Shown: positions 1 to 12,790 of the stretch, piece after piece
How the letters are laid out: each line of letters starts with the position of its first letter
Numbering within the stretch: position 1 is the first letter of the stretch
Assembly (NCBI GenBank): GCA_016748015.1
Contig: JAAOMT010000690.1
Location: 248,001-312,000, forward strand
DNA length: 64,000 nucleotides
Direction: 5' to 3'
DNA from: Geosiphon pyriformis uo1
Taxonomy: Eukaryota; Fungi; Glomeromycota
Position numbers and translations under genes: made by a program
The notes under the pieces: model-generated
The model's database searches: none
Seen by the model: the letters and a program-made list of their open reading frames with translations, nothing else
Told to the model about the DNA's origin: nothing

Positions 1-3000
1 GTTTAGTATTAAAATCAATTTGTTTTTATGTTTTATATTTTCTGAATTTAGAGCTGTTGAATTTTATGAAAGCTATTATTATTTTTGCCAATGAATATAA
101 CCAAGTTCATTTTGACTTAAGCATTTAAGTTTTATTCAAAGCATTAAAACATAAAATAATACTACTAGCTGTTGGAATAATTTTATAAGTTTTTGTTTAT
201 ATTTTAAAATCTAGCTTGTAAACAAATCAAATATATTTAAATCTAAAAATAATGCCTAATAGATTACAACCAATGTGATACTCAAATACAACTCCGAACC
301 ATATAGCTAGAACTGATATAATAATTATTTTTATGTTACCAATTCCTTTTTTATTTAAAACTAACAAATTGAAATTGAACCAAAAATTAGTATAAATTTT
401 ATTTTTGATTCATTTTATTATTTATAACCCCATTTGCAATGATTAGATCATGTATCATTTTAAGCTTTTAAGCAATTTAAAATTTACTAAAATTTGAATA
501 GTTTTGAAAATGACTTTTTTAACAAAACTTTAATAAAACAGTTAAAATATATGAAATTAAAAATTTAACTAAAAATTCCTGAAAAATGAATTGCTTTCTT
601 AAAGTATTTAACATTTAAATTGCAAATAGGTTTAAATATTTAGTATTAGCACTATATTAAATTTGCTAAAACAATTAATAGAAAAAGTTTTATTATATAA
701 TTTTCAAAAATTATTGTCACAGATTAAACGATAAGTTAAATAATAACCGAAATTAAAAACAACATTTTTATGGGTCAAAGTAACACAATAATAGATAGCA
801 AAAGAGAACAAATATTGTATGATAAGAAAACAAACAAAAAGAAAATTTATTTTTATAATTAAATTGAATTTGTAGGAATTTAATATGCAAAATTAGTCAC
901 AATTACTATCTTTTTCAAAAGAAACAAGAGAATCTGAAGGTAAAAAGATAGTCAGTACTTTTAATAAAAGATAATACAGCTGCTATAATTTTATATTTTA
1001 TGTTAATGCTTTTAGAATTAAAATAACAGATATTATTTGTATTTTTTAGTAATATATTTCATAAAAGTTAAAAATATACAAATTAAAAGGAAAAAAGAGA
1101 AAAAATAATAATTAAAATTATATTGAAATTGTTGCATTAATTTTTTAACTAATTAAATGATTCAAATAAGAACTTTTTTCTACAGTTTTACTTATATATT
1201 TTTTAAAAAAGACTAATAATTAGATTGGTAATTATATTAACAATTAATTTTTAAATAAAGTAACTAATGTATGTAAATAAATATAATTAAATATTTAATA
1301 AAACTAAAAATTCAATTTTAACATAATTTTTTCCAAAAAGATCAAAGCTTTGGGAAAAAATTTACTAAGAAAAATTTTAGGTTATTTATTTTAAAACTAA
1401 TTTACTGAAGCTTTTGCTAACAAAATATATAATAACTGTGGTAATATAAGTTTTAAATTCATAAAACCAAATTTTTATATAGGCATTTTGACTTTTTTTG
1501 TAATAATTAAGACTTTTGAGACATTTAATTATATAATATTTAAGATTTTCATCTGAATTTTTAAAGTTATTTTCTTTAAAAGATTTATATCATTAATGAT
1601 TTTACCAAGTCATTCATATTATTAAAGTTGTTTTTCATATAGCAAGTTTTTATTAATAAGTAAAACTTTTTAATTATTCTTCTAATTGTGGTAAAAAGAA
1701 AAAATATTTTAGCAGTCATGTATTTAAGCTGTTTAATTGAGTTTTCGTTTTTATTAATAGATATTGCAAATTTTAATATGTTCTGTTATGTTTTTTTAAG
1801 ATTGTTCAATAGTATTATGCTAATGTTTTATTAAAAAGTCAGTGTATATATTGTATATTACAATTTTTTCCGAATTAAAATATTTTTAATATGATTTGTT
1901 TTAACAAATTAAAATAGAAATTTGATTATTTCACAAATTTTCTCTTTGCTGCTAGTTATATTTTATTAAATATGGTCTTTTACTCAAAAATTTGATACAG
2001 TACTAAATAGTTTTTCAAGTTAATTATTATGTATAGTTAAAAGTAAATAAATTGGTTAATTGGTTAAAGTTTTTTAATTACTGAATAGCTAATTAAAATA
2101 GAGAATTTGCATTTCAATTGCTCATTTTTTTAATATTTAAGTTTATAATCATATTTATCTAGTTGGAAAATTTAGCAGCCAATTTATTAATATTCAAGCC
2201 TTTTTTTGTTGCATAATTAGACCAGAGCTTGATAACTTATTATCACTGTAAAATAAACACCTAAAAAATATTGGTTTTAATAATTTGTAAACTAAACTAC
2301 AGAAAAGCACTCTTGTTTAATGACTTTATATAATTTATCAACTATGAACATATTTTTGCTTACTAATTTAAAACAGTAATAACAGTATCATATTTTTTAT
2401 AAACACAAACTTGTGTTTTCTGGCAAAGTAAAAAACAAAACTTATTAAAAATTTTGATTATTACTGTTAATAAAAATAAAGCTTTTTGGAATTTTTTGCT
2501 AAATTTTTGCTATTGTTAAAATTTTTTTAGAAAAACAAACTTTTCTGGTTTGATATTGTAAATATTAAAGTTTTTTAATCTTTTTCATTATTTTAATTAT
2601 GTATTAACTATAATTTTACATATTCAGTCATTTATTTTTAAATTAGTTGCTAGTATAATTGATAATTTGATTGTTTACTTAATTAATCAAACTTTTTTAC
2701 CTTTTTTATTTTTTATTTTCTTGAATTGTATTTAGTAGAATTAATTTTGAATTTGTTATTTTATTTATTAAATAAATAACTATTAAACATAATTAGTATT
2801 CTGTTGTTGAATTTTAAAAATACCAACTAAAATGTAAAATATCGTAACTGTATTATTTTTTATTTATTAAAATTTACAATGTACAATTAATTTTATTAAA
2901 ACAATTAAACAGATATTTACATATAAGCAAATATTTTATATGAAAATTTAAAAAATTAAAATTATGAATTATTATAATTTAAAAAATATTATTATATATT

Positions 3001-3180
3001 GTTCATAATAATTAATTAGTAATATTACCAATTAACTAATTTAAAGACTCAATATTATATTATTTACAAAGAAATATAAAATAAATAAAATAATAATATA
3101 ATCAAATAAATCAAGATTTTTAATTTTTGAATTAAATAATTGTGTACAAAAATCAATAAAGTTTATAATAATAAAAATTT

Positions 3181-3203
3181 GAGAGAGAGAGAGAGAGAGA
3201 GAG
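3181..3203. repeat. (GA)n microsatellite
   Basis: Perfect GA run seen directly. Confidence 0.95.
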
Positions 3204-3669
3204 TTTAAAATAAAATTTTGTAATTTTGAAAAAACTTTTTAGCAATACATTGGTTTTTTATAATAAAGTAAAATTATAAATTCAAAAAATTATGTCAATA
3301 TTGTTCTAATTTGCTTTATATTTTGATTTTTCAAATTAAAATATTATATATTTTAACATGATGCTTTATACAATTTGGTGAAGAGTACCGAATAGTATTA
3401 TAATATTGAGTTAGTTAGTTCAATGTCCTAATTTGAAATAGGAAAAAAGAATTGTTTTAATGAAAACAAAATTTATCAAGAATAGCCTAAAAAAATACAT
3501 TAAAAGCATATATTATAAATTTTTGAGCTTATCTAAAGAGTTAATGTCATTATTAAAATATAAACATATTAATTATTTAATTTGAGTAAATAAAACCAAT
3601 ATAATAATTTATTTTAATAAAAATTAGTCGTGATATTTAAAAATATAATAATATTAATATTTTGGTAAT

Positions 3670-5630
3670 TTACTGTAAAGGCGTGCATAGCCTGCAATAT
3701 GTTTTAATGGATCTGAATTCCTTTCCCAGCTTTTTTATACCATTTAACTGCTTTTGAAAGATCTTTAGTCACACCCATTTTCATAGCAGATTGCAAGATC
3801 ATATTGTGTCTTTGAATGTCCTTTTTCCGTTGCCTTAATATACCATTCAACCGCTTTGGTGAGATTCTTCGTCACTCCATCTCCATCTTCATTATATTGT
3901 GGGTCGGAATTGCCTTTCTCCACTGCTTTAGTATACCATTCAACTGCTTTCTCGAGATTTTTGGTTGCTCCCTCTCCATTTATATAGCAAACTCTAAGAT
4001 TAAACTCTGCATCAGAATTTTCTTTCTCTGCTGCTTTGGTATACTATTCAACTGGTTTGATGAGGTATTTGATCACTCCATGACCATTTTTATAGCAAAC
4101 TCCAAACTAAATTGTGCATCTCAATGTCCTTTTTCTGCTGCTTTAGTATACTATTCGACTACTTTTGCAGGATACTTAGCAACTCCGTTTCCATTATTAT
4201 AGTAATAAGCAAGACAACATTCCCCTGCTTTAATATACCATTCAATGGTCTTTTTATCATTTTTTTTAGTACCGATACCATCTATATAACATTGCCCGAG
4301 AAAAAGTTGGCCCAAAAAGTTTTTTGATCAGGGGTTTCTTGATATTTTATAAAGCCCTGCCTAACGTTGATACATAAATTCCAATTCCAAATTGGTAAAA
4401 AAAGCCATGCAAAAAAGCTGAATTAGATGAGGTTTGGTTAAAATTAATAGAATTGAAAAGATCTGCCCAATGTTTATAGATTTTCTTCTAACTGAGGAAT
4501 CATTTTTGATATATCCCGAGGTTTATAATCGTTAAATGTTTTCTAAAAGAGCCTTGATGGTTGGATCAGTAAAATCCATATATTTTCCTAGAGTGTTTTC
4601 ATTCGTTAACTATAGTGTTAATCCAGCATGATCTTTTTGAAAATTAGAAGCAGGCTTCAAATTCCATTGAATTTCCTTTAGTTGTCGTTTATGGCCGTTT
4701 CTCAGGTAACTGATCCCAACGCTCTTTATACAACATTATATATTCAATTGGTGTATTTTCGATAGGAATTTCTCTTTTACCAGCAATAATTTGTGCTAAA
4801 AATTTGAAGTATAATTTGTAAATAAAATTCTCATAAAATTGTGCTTAGATTCAATTTTCTTCACTGACTAAACCCAGGATTTCGCTGAGATTTCTTGGAA
4901 GGCCAAGATTGGATATTTTTATTGTTCTGTTGTGGGATAAACATTTTAGGAATTCTAAAAATAAATTTTTTAGTAATAGATCAAATGTTAAAATACTTTT
5001 TGAAACTTTAAAGCATCGAACCTACAAGATCTCAATGAATGATTTGGTTTTCATGCAGACATTGAATTCCCCTTGCCAATTCCTGTGCCATCCGTAGCTT
5101 TTCTATTCTATTCATATTCTGAAACTCTAATTATAGATAATTACGCAAAGAACTTCCATTGGCGTATTCAAAAATTATAATATATTTTATAGTATTATCT
5201 ATTACAAGTTTATATAGAAAAGTTAGCGTTTTCTAATATAAATTTTCATAAACTTTGAGAATAAATACCTCTATGGTTTTGCTAAGACAATAAAATCTCA
5301 AAATATTTGGAAAAAATGTATATCTCGCAGGAATTGCATCTAATAGTTTTCGGCAATGTTTTAGCATAAATAATATAGCAATTTAAATTCAAATCTTTTT
5401 TATAAGCTCTTCTATTTCGGTTTTATCGTCTTGTGTGACTCGTTTGAAATTTTTCAATGCAAATATAATATCCATACCACCTTTAGTATACTCCGCCTTC
5501 TCTACCACTCTGGAAGCTCCATCACCAAGCTGTTTTTTGCTATGAAATTATTGTATCCAAAATATTTGATCTGTTTGTCACGAACAGAGGTTTCAAACCA
5601 TTCGGCGACTGATATTGGTAACGTTGGCAT
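3670..5630 (-). pseudogene. Protein kinase (TKL-like) with C-terminal Sel1-like repeats, pseudogene
   Basis: Minus strand from ATG 5630 reads MPTLPISVAEWFETSVRDKQIKYFGYNNF, then LGDGASRVVEKA..FALK (Gly loop and VAIK-like). It continues LRMAQELARGIQCLHENQIIH*DL (HRDL with TGA at 5032-5034), a GT-AG intron at 4955-5025, NS*NVLSHNRTIKISNLG (degenerate DFG) and GKREIPIENTP. At about 3700-4280 there are tandem Sel1-like repeats (GDGVTKNLTKAVEWYIKA; GVxKDLSKAVKWYKKA). Multiple stops and frameshifts. 3' boundary approximate. Confidence 0.85.
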
Positions 5631-7029
5631 TTTTAGTAAAGGTAACTTGGCATCGTTTTTTAATGAAATGCTTGTGAATGTCTAAGACATCTGACAATTT
5701 TAAATATTTGAAAGTCTCATTTTTGTATAGTAAGATGCAGCAATCACAGGAAAACTTGTTAATATAAAATATAAAATAAATTATTATTTTTGAGTTTATT
5801 TTAAGCAAATTTGATATTTTATTAAAGAAAATCATACCTAATTTTATAGTTGCTTTTGACAACAACATATTTTTAGTCTTTTGAAACATTGAGGTTGTTT
5901 TGGTTAACAAAATGATATCACTTTTATTATTTGGGAAATATTCTTAAAATTTAAAAAACGATTACTGCAAACCAATATAATAGCAATTACAAATATTAAA
6001 TTTTCAATTGTTAAAATACTTTCAAATTTTTTCAGCCACATGGTTTTTCAAAAAAAAATAGCAAACAAAGCTGTTGGAAGAATTAACTTGTTGGTTTTCT
6101 ACCATTTCAAATAAAAATAATAAATTTCTTACCATTTAATTTAAAAAAGTTTAAAAGTTTAATTTTAATATTCAAATAAAAAATAAAACTAAAACAATGC
6201 ATCTAAAATTCTGGTAAAATTATAACCAAATATTCCAAAAACAAAAAATTTAAAATCAACTTTTTTCACTTTTTTGTTTTAAAAGATAGTTTTATTCTGA
6301 ATAGAACTAAAGATAATTAATAAATACATTCAAAACCCATAATTTTACTTTTGGTTTCTACCTTAGTTTTCACTATTTATTTTTAAGTGGCCGCTATATT
6401 TTTTGTTGCTTAAACTCAAAATCTAAATAAACAATTAAATATAATATTAGTCCAAGCTGTTTATGAAAACCAAAAATCTTGAAAACTCAATATATGTTTT
6501 AATATAATCATCAATATTAACATCTTTTTGATTTTAAACCACAAAATTGTAATAATATTTTTATTTTCACCTTATCCTAAATTTTTTGGATATAAAACTG
6601 TTAACTACAACCTTCTGGTCATAAACCTTTTTATTTATTCTATAAAAAATGGCGACCTTACCAATAAAAATAAAGATTAAAACAATATTTTCAAAAAATA
6701 TTCTGCACAAAGACTTCATACTATTTTTGATTATTTAAAAATGTCTAGATATTTGCTTTTAAAATCTTAATATTAGTGATTTAATACTTAAATAGCATTT
6801 TGATAAAAATAATATTTATGAAAACAAATTTTTTAGTCATTGAAAAAACTATTTATAATTTACAAAGTTTTAAACAACAGTTTATATATTTTTGAAAATT
6901 AATATAAAATATTTTTTGATAATTATTTTGTTAATAGAACATTTTATTTTGCAATTAAGATATTTATTTTACTATTTTAATCATGTTTTAACCATCAACT
7001 TTGTATATTTAGCCTTTCATATTTAGAAT

Positions 7030-7150
7030 TAATTATTGACTTGATTATTGACTTGATTATTAATCTAATCTTTAAATCTAATTAATAACTTCCATTGTTG
7101 ATCTGATTGTTAACCAAATTGTTGACTTATTTATTAACTTGGTTATTCAT
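7030..7150. repeat. Degenerate ~12-bp tandem repeat within a decayed dispersed element (related copies ~2630-2860 and ~48670-49060)
   Basis: Units like TTGACTTGATTA / TTAACTTGATTA. The same periodicity occurs at 48700-48820, and the 2.6-2.9 kb and 48.7-49.0 kb loci share similar flanks. Confidence 0.6.
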
Positions 7151-7909
7151 TTTTTTTATTAAACATATAAACAAAATTTTTTAAAGCTATAGAAATGTAT
7201 TTGGCAATAATCAAATAGTTTTTTATCTTTGAATCTGAATATTTCTTTAATCAAATTTATATTGTTCTTAAATACTTTTTTCTGCCATTCATTAACATGT
7301 TACTTGATAAAATTATAATATAGTATAAAAATATATCAAGATATTACAATCTATAATGTAAATCAAAATTATTAATGATTAATTAATTGAAAAAAATAAT
7401 AATGTGATTAAAAAATGATATTAATATACTTAGAAAAATAATTTTAAAAGACTCAATTCATGAAGGCCAAGTATTCCGGGGCAGTTAGCTATTCCAAACA
7501 GCTGGATTGTCAAAAACTAAATAAAAAACCATGAAACTTTTGACCTAAAAAGCCATTGGAATCTGTTGGAGGTTTTCTGTACCCAAAGATTCGTCCAAAG
7601 GGAAAATTTCCGGATGCCTTTATAAAAAGTTTAAGCGAAATCTTCAACCTCTGCATCTAAGAGACCTCAAAAGTATAAGCCAGATGCAAAATAGGCAAAA
7701 TTGTTAGTATCGCTAGCCTATAAAAACATTTTCATTTAAAGATTTCTTTATACGATAAACCATTTCTTTCATACTACCAGAATTCGATTATATCATCCTC
7801 TCAAATATATTTTTAGCAATCTCGATATTCTTGAGAAATAACATTTTTTCAATCAATAAAATATCAAAGCACGTTTACTTCAAGCCGTGATGAATAAAAT
7901 CTATGAATA

Positions 7910-8172
7910 CAGTGTGTTGCAAAAAAATTGGAGAAAAATGCACATCACAAAACTTGATACAGTTTATCCAATTTTAGTTCTTGCACAATGTTACCTTCCA
8001 AGCAAGAAACACAGCGCCAAACCGTATAATATTTTTGGAATGAAGGGATACGAGACGCAACTGAAATAAAACAGCGAACAAATATACCACACTCTACTAT
8101 CTATAATATCCTTAAAAAACTCGAAAAAATAGGTAGAGCGTTGGTATAAAGGCCAGAGACAAACTCGTGCTA
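7910..8172 (+). mobile_element. Tc1/mariner left end, internally deleted copy A
   Basis: TA|CAGTGTGTTGCAAAAAAATTGG terminus at 7908-7931. The transposase 5' end MLPSKQETQRQTV*YFWNEGIRDATEIKQRT follows, then the sequence jumps to an internal segment (..CAAACTCGTGCTA) matching 8757-8800 of copy B. Confidence 0.85.
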
Positions 8173-9424
8173 CAGTGTGTTGCAAAAAAAATTGGACAGA
8201 AAAAAATAATCACTGTGCTTTATCCAATGCACCAAAAGGTATAAATTATATAACATTAGAAAGCTAAAAAGCACATGATTTTATTAAAAAAAAATTAGTA
8301 TGATATTCTTTCCCCTTATTCCCAATTATCATCTCATAACGGTGTTTCATTGATCCCACTAACCCAATTAGGGTAGATCGGGGAATATTTCGCCACTCTT
8401 CCTTCATAAACTGCTCTAATTCATCCCGATTTTTGGGCATACGCTTCTCCCATTCCTTTTCACAATAGCCCATAAGTTTTCAATGGGATTCAAGTCAGAA
8501 CTATTAGATCGCCAAGCTATAACTTCAGGCATATTCTCTTGAAGAAAGGCTTTGGCTAAATGGCTTGTGTGTTTTGGGTCATTGTCCTGTTGAAACTGCC
8601 ACTCATTTCCTAACATTCCTCTTATCTCAGGTAAATGTTCACGAATAATCTCTACATAGAACTTAGCATCCATTATTTGGGTAAAACAAAATAAAATTAC
8701 CTTTTCTTTCTAATAAAAACCACCCCATGCCATAATTTTTGTTCGATCTTTTGGTATAGCACGAGTTGGTCGCTGGCTTTTATACAAACGTTCTACTGTA
8801 TTTCGGAATAGACAAAAAGCTGTTTCATCCGAAAAAACAGTTTTTTCCAATTATTATTGAGATGTTCTTGAGCCCACTTTACACGATCTTCCTTGTGGAG
8901 ATTGGTGAGCATTGGAGTTGCCAAAGACAAGTCTTTTTTATATCCATGATTAATTAATTGCCTTTGGATAGTACTAGGAGAAACGTCTACATTCTTTTTT
9001 GCTAATTTTATTTTCAAAGTCCTCAAAGATATTGAAGAATCTCGACAGAGGTATTGTCCTAATGTTCGTGATGTATCTTTAATTTTTCGCGGCCGACCAT
9101 TTCCACCCGCATGCTCCACCATTCCTGTTTTTTCGAGTTTTTTAAGGATATTATAGATAGTAGAGCGTGGTATATTTGTTCGCTATTTTATTTCAGTTGC
9201 GTCCCGTATCCCTTCATTCCAAAAATATTATACGATTTGGCGCTGTGTTTCTTGCTTGGAAGGTAGCATTGTGCAAGAAAATTTCTAAAAAAATTATTAG
9301 TAAAACGCGCGAAAAAATTTATCATATTTAGCCACTTATCTTAACATTCACTTCTTAATTCAACCGCCACAAGCTAACTAAAATTGGATAAACTGTATCA
9401 AGTTTTGTGATGTGCATTTTTCTC
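8173..9424 (-). mobile_element. Tc1/mariner (DD34E) DNA transposon copy B, transposase pseudogene (~8296-9269)
   Basis: TIR TA|CAGTGTGTTGCAAAAAAAATTGG at 8171-8195. Fragments show an HTH region (GRPRK), FSDE across a frameshift, and QQDNDPKH...WRSNSSDLNPIENLW with 34 residues between D and E. There is an in-frame TAA at codon 14 plus frameshifts. The outer TIR at the 9424 end is missing. Confidence 0.92.
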
Positions 9425-9775
9425 AAAATAAAAACGTACCATTTAAATTAAACCTAAAATATTTTGTGAAACCTACTTTTTAAAATTGGCTTTACAATTT
9501 TGCAACAAAGGAGACTAAAGAGTTTAGAAATGATGAAAAAAATGCGTGATCCTTTTTATATAAATGTAGCTATCTTATTTTCTTTTCAACGATTAAATGG
9601 TTTTCGGTCCGCAAGATTTTCCTTTTAATATGCTGAGATTCTATAATGAAATCAAGTTGCATTATACAAAATTTTAGCTATCAGACGAATAGATTTAGTT
9701 ATATAATCTTATTAAAAAATCAAAAGAAATGTAATACATATAAAATTAGCAGGTAAACATAGTAATTAGATATTT

Positions 9776-10998
9776 CTATTGATCTAAAGCTTCGAGAAAA
9801 ACAAAGGCAAGACCGAGGTGGGCTTTTGTAGTTAAACTGATTGGATCCCAAAAAAAGTAGTCTTCAGGATTAGAGCAAGGTTTCGCCGATTTGTCTATAA
9901 AATTATTAAAACAGGCATCTTTTGTATTTGTGATACCAGCGTACTTCTCCAAGCTAGCTGTATTGCTCTGGTATTTATTGAAATCGGCCGTGTAGATTGT
10001 GGCGTCTGGATATTTCGTCGTAAAACTGGCGATTGAATTTTTCAGAGCTTCATTATGTCTGAGATAATATTCAACCCATGATTGTTTTACGTCTTTATAA
10101 AATAATTCGACGAAAGGAAAAAGGGAGAAATCCGGAAGACTTGATACAAGGATATTTCGAACTCCGATTTCGTATAAGCTAACCCAGATTTTATAAAGTC
10201 TCTCTATAACATCCTCAGGCACTACCGTAAAGTTAGAGTATAAAAAATCTGCTCCATTGGGCCATGTCTATAAGAAAGGAAAAACCATATATTTGATGAC
10301 AACTTTGTCCGACATTTTTAATATTCATCTCTTAAATAACAAAGGAAAACGACTCACAGCTACTAAGGTTTTATTTGAAGCAATCACAGATTTCAGTGTA
10401 TCTTTGTATAATTCGACTTGTTGCTTGAGGCCTGGTACGAAAATTTTCGTTCCGTTCACTTCGAGAAAACCTATCCAAATAGATGCATACAAATTCTTAT
10501 TGGTTATAAAAACTCTTAAATTTAAATAGAAAATTTAGAATTTAGAATTTATTTAATTACCTTGAATCACTTCATTGCTTTGGTTTAATAAAAGCCAAGT
10601 TTAACTAATTGGTTAAAAAAATTTTTCAATAAAGATCGATCTCTTTCTTATTACATACTCTGTGGGTGCTTCAGAATACGCAAAGTCCTTAATCTCCGCG
10701 CCTAAAAAAGTACCAAGATATTCTGGCCACATTAGACCATTTGAATAATGGCCTTGGTAGTAATCGTCAGTAAGAAGATCAGGTCCTGCCAACTTGTAGG
10801 CATTTCCAGTATCTAGAACAATAAGCATTTACTCATTTTATCTACTAGGATACGACTTTTCTGATTTTCACACTTACCTGAAAATATATCACCAAATACG
10901 ACCAGCTTATTAAATTTTTTTTTTAACCCAGGAAAGCCATCTATCAACGAGGCAAAAAACAAAAGGGATATGAAAAATGCTAAAAAGTATTGATTCAT
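9776..10998 (-). CDS. Secreted GDSL/SGNH hydrolase-fold protein, paralog 1 (298 aa), catalytic residues lost
   Basis: Exons 10998-10878, 10812-10659, 10577-10561, 10470-10358, 10267-9776 total 897 nt in frame, all introns GT-AG. Hydrophobic signal peptide. Motifs: LVVFGDIFSDTGN, GHYSNGLMWPEYL, DFAYSEA, WPNGADF, YFFWDPISLT. Confidence 0.92.
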
Positions 10999-11734
10999 GA
11001 TGAAATTTTGGAATTTTTTTATAAGGTTCTATTTATGAGTAACGAGACAATTTATATAATTTCGGCAAAATTTTTGATCAAACTTTTTGATTTGTTTCGA
11101 CAAAGAAAATATTGTTGTAATATATCGTTACTAGCTTTTCTAAAGAAGACCTCGCAATATCGACAGAAAACATTCGAAATGTTCTGAGGATATCAAGAGT
11201 AGTTTGATAAACAAAATATTGCTTCCAATAATTTCGATGCATGAAAAAGTTGGCTCTCTGTTGTGATTTGAAATCAAAATTAGCTTCAATAGCTTGAACG
11301 ACCAATTAATAATTTATTTTGCCATGAGTTAGATATTATCTCTTTTTTGTTTATCTTTTACAATTAACCTAAGATTTATCTGTCATTGTTTCTAATTAAG
11401 CGTCCTATTGATTGAAAGGATATGACTTTTCTTGGTCAATTAAGATTAGGCTAAAATCTATACGAGCAAAAGACAATTAAGCGGATTATAAAAAACATTC
11501 CAAGTTGAAGATCGGGTAACCAAAAAATTATTAAGTTTAAACCTTCAAGCTATCTTTTATATTACGGAATGAAATAGATATGTGGATTTGATAAGTATAT
11601 AAATTACTTTTCCTAGTTAAAATATTGAATCCATAAATCATATGAATACTCATATGAATTATGTCAGTATAAAGTATGGTAATGATTTACAGTTTGCTAG
11701 CAGAATAATTAAGAATTTAGACAAGCGCCAAAAA

Positions 11735-12045
11735 ATATTCGTAAAAAAGTCATGAGACACTTTTGAGTTTTTGTAAATAATCCCATAAATGCTCTATTGG
11801 ATTCAAATCGGGTGATTGTGCTGGCCATTTAGAAAGTAAATTGAGATGTTTTTGAGCCATCATTGAACTTAAATATTGTTAATTATATCTTTGTTTTGAT
11901 TAATAATTGTTATTTTAATACATTCCCTACTATTTATAGATAGCTAATATAGTTATAAATAAATTTTTATAGATATTTTTATCATTCATGGAACACAAAA
12001 TAATAAAAATGTAAAATGTCCCATGACTTTTTTCCGCCGAGTGTA
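11735..12045 (-). mobile_element. Short internally deleted Tc1-derived element (MITE-like)
   Basis: Inverted ends AAAAAAGTCATGAGACACTTTT (~11743) and AAAATGTCCCATGACTTTTT (~12013). The internal minus-strand remnant reads KWPAQSPDLNPIEHLWD. Confidence 0.75.
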
Positions 12046-12119
12046 CATTACCTCAAAAATCCTGATACTTTTCCGATTTACTTAATTTCTACAATTTATG
12101 CACCAAATAAAAAATTACA

Positions 12120-12790
12120 TCTAATTATTATTTTATCGGCCCTCCATTTAACAGTAACACTGATTCAGTCTTCTTTGGTATTGAGACAATAACTTCCTCG
12201 AGAAAAGAGGCATTAAAATTTTCCCATTCCTCCTTTAGCGTAATTTCAGGTTCGACCACAGACTTCGGAAAGACTTCATGTTCTTAAATACTGAAGTGGA
12301 AACAAGTTGGCTTTTAAATTTTCAACCAAAGTATTTGTATTTATCATAAAATAATAATGATCCTCCTGCGAAACAACCCCGAACCATAGTATATTTTGTC
12401 CATTTTTGAAAGTAGGGACTGTCATTATTAATAAATTGACCACTATTTACCTTGCGTGATAATAATATGTAAGCTTAAAGTGAAAAAACTCTGAGTGACA
12501 AGATTGTCTTTCTTGTACATAAGAATTCCAGATGCCAACAAAGCATCAATATCTTCTAATGAACCATTATTTGCAATTCCTTCACACACTTAATAAACCA
12601 ATGTTTAGTGCACATTACAAAAGAATAAAGATTGACAATTATTGAATCTTTTGACTAAGCAATTGATCCCATTTAAATTTAATAATGATTAATACAAACT
12701 GGATTGCCAAAATGTAAACAACAGTTATTATAAAACCAAATATCAATTGGCAACTTTTTTAAATAAAGGTGGTTTTTTGGAGAGTTTTAA
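12120..12790 (-). mobile_element. Degenerate Tc1/mariner transposase relic
   Basis: Minus-strand remnants TMVRGCFAGG (MVWGCF-like) and ITLKEEWENFNASFLEEVIVSIPKKTESVLLLNGGPIK (typical Tc1 C-terminus). Boundaries approximate. Confidence 0.65.

Noticed and set aside
3816-4327. Plus-strand ORFs of 128 aa and 71 aa
   Set aside because: They are antisense shadows of the minus-strand Sel1 repeats.
10613-10998. ORF-track fragments of the GDSL genes (also 31526-32190 and 62346-63056) as separate small genes or pseudogene pieces
   Set aside because: They join through GT-AG introns into single intact ORFs, and their tails are intron read-through.
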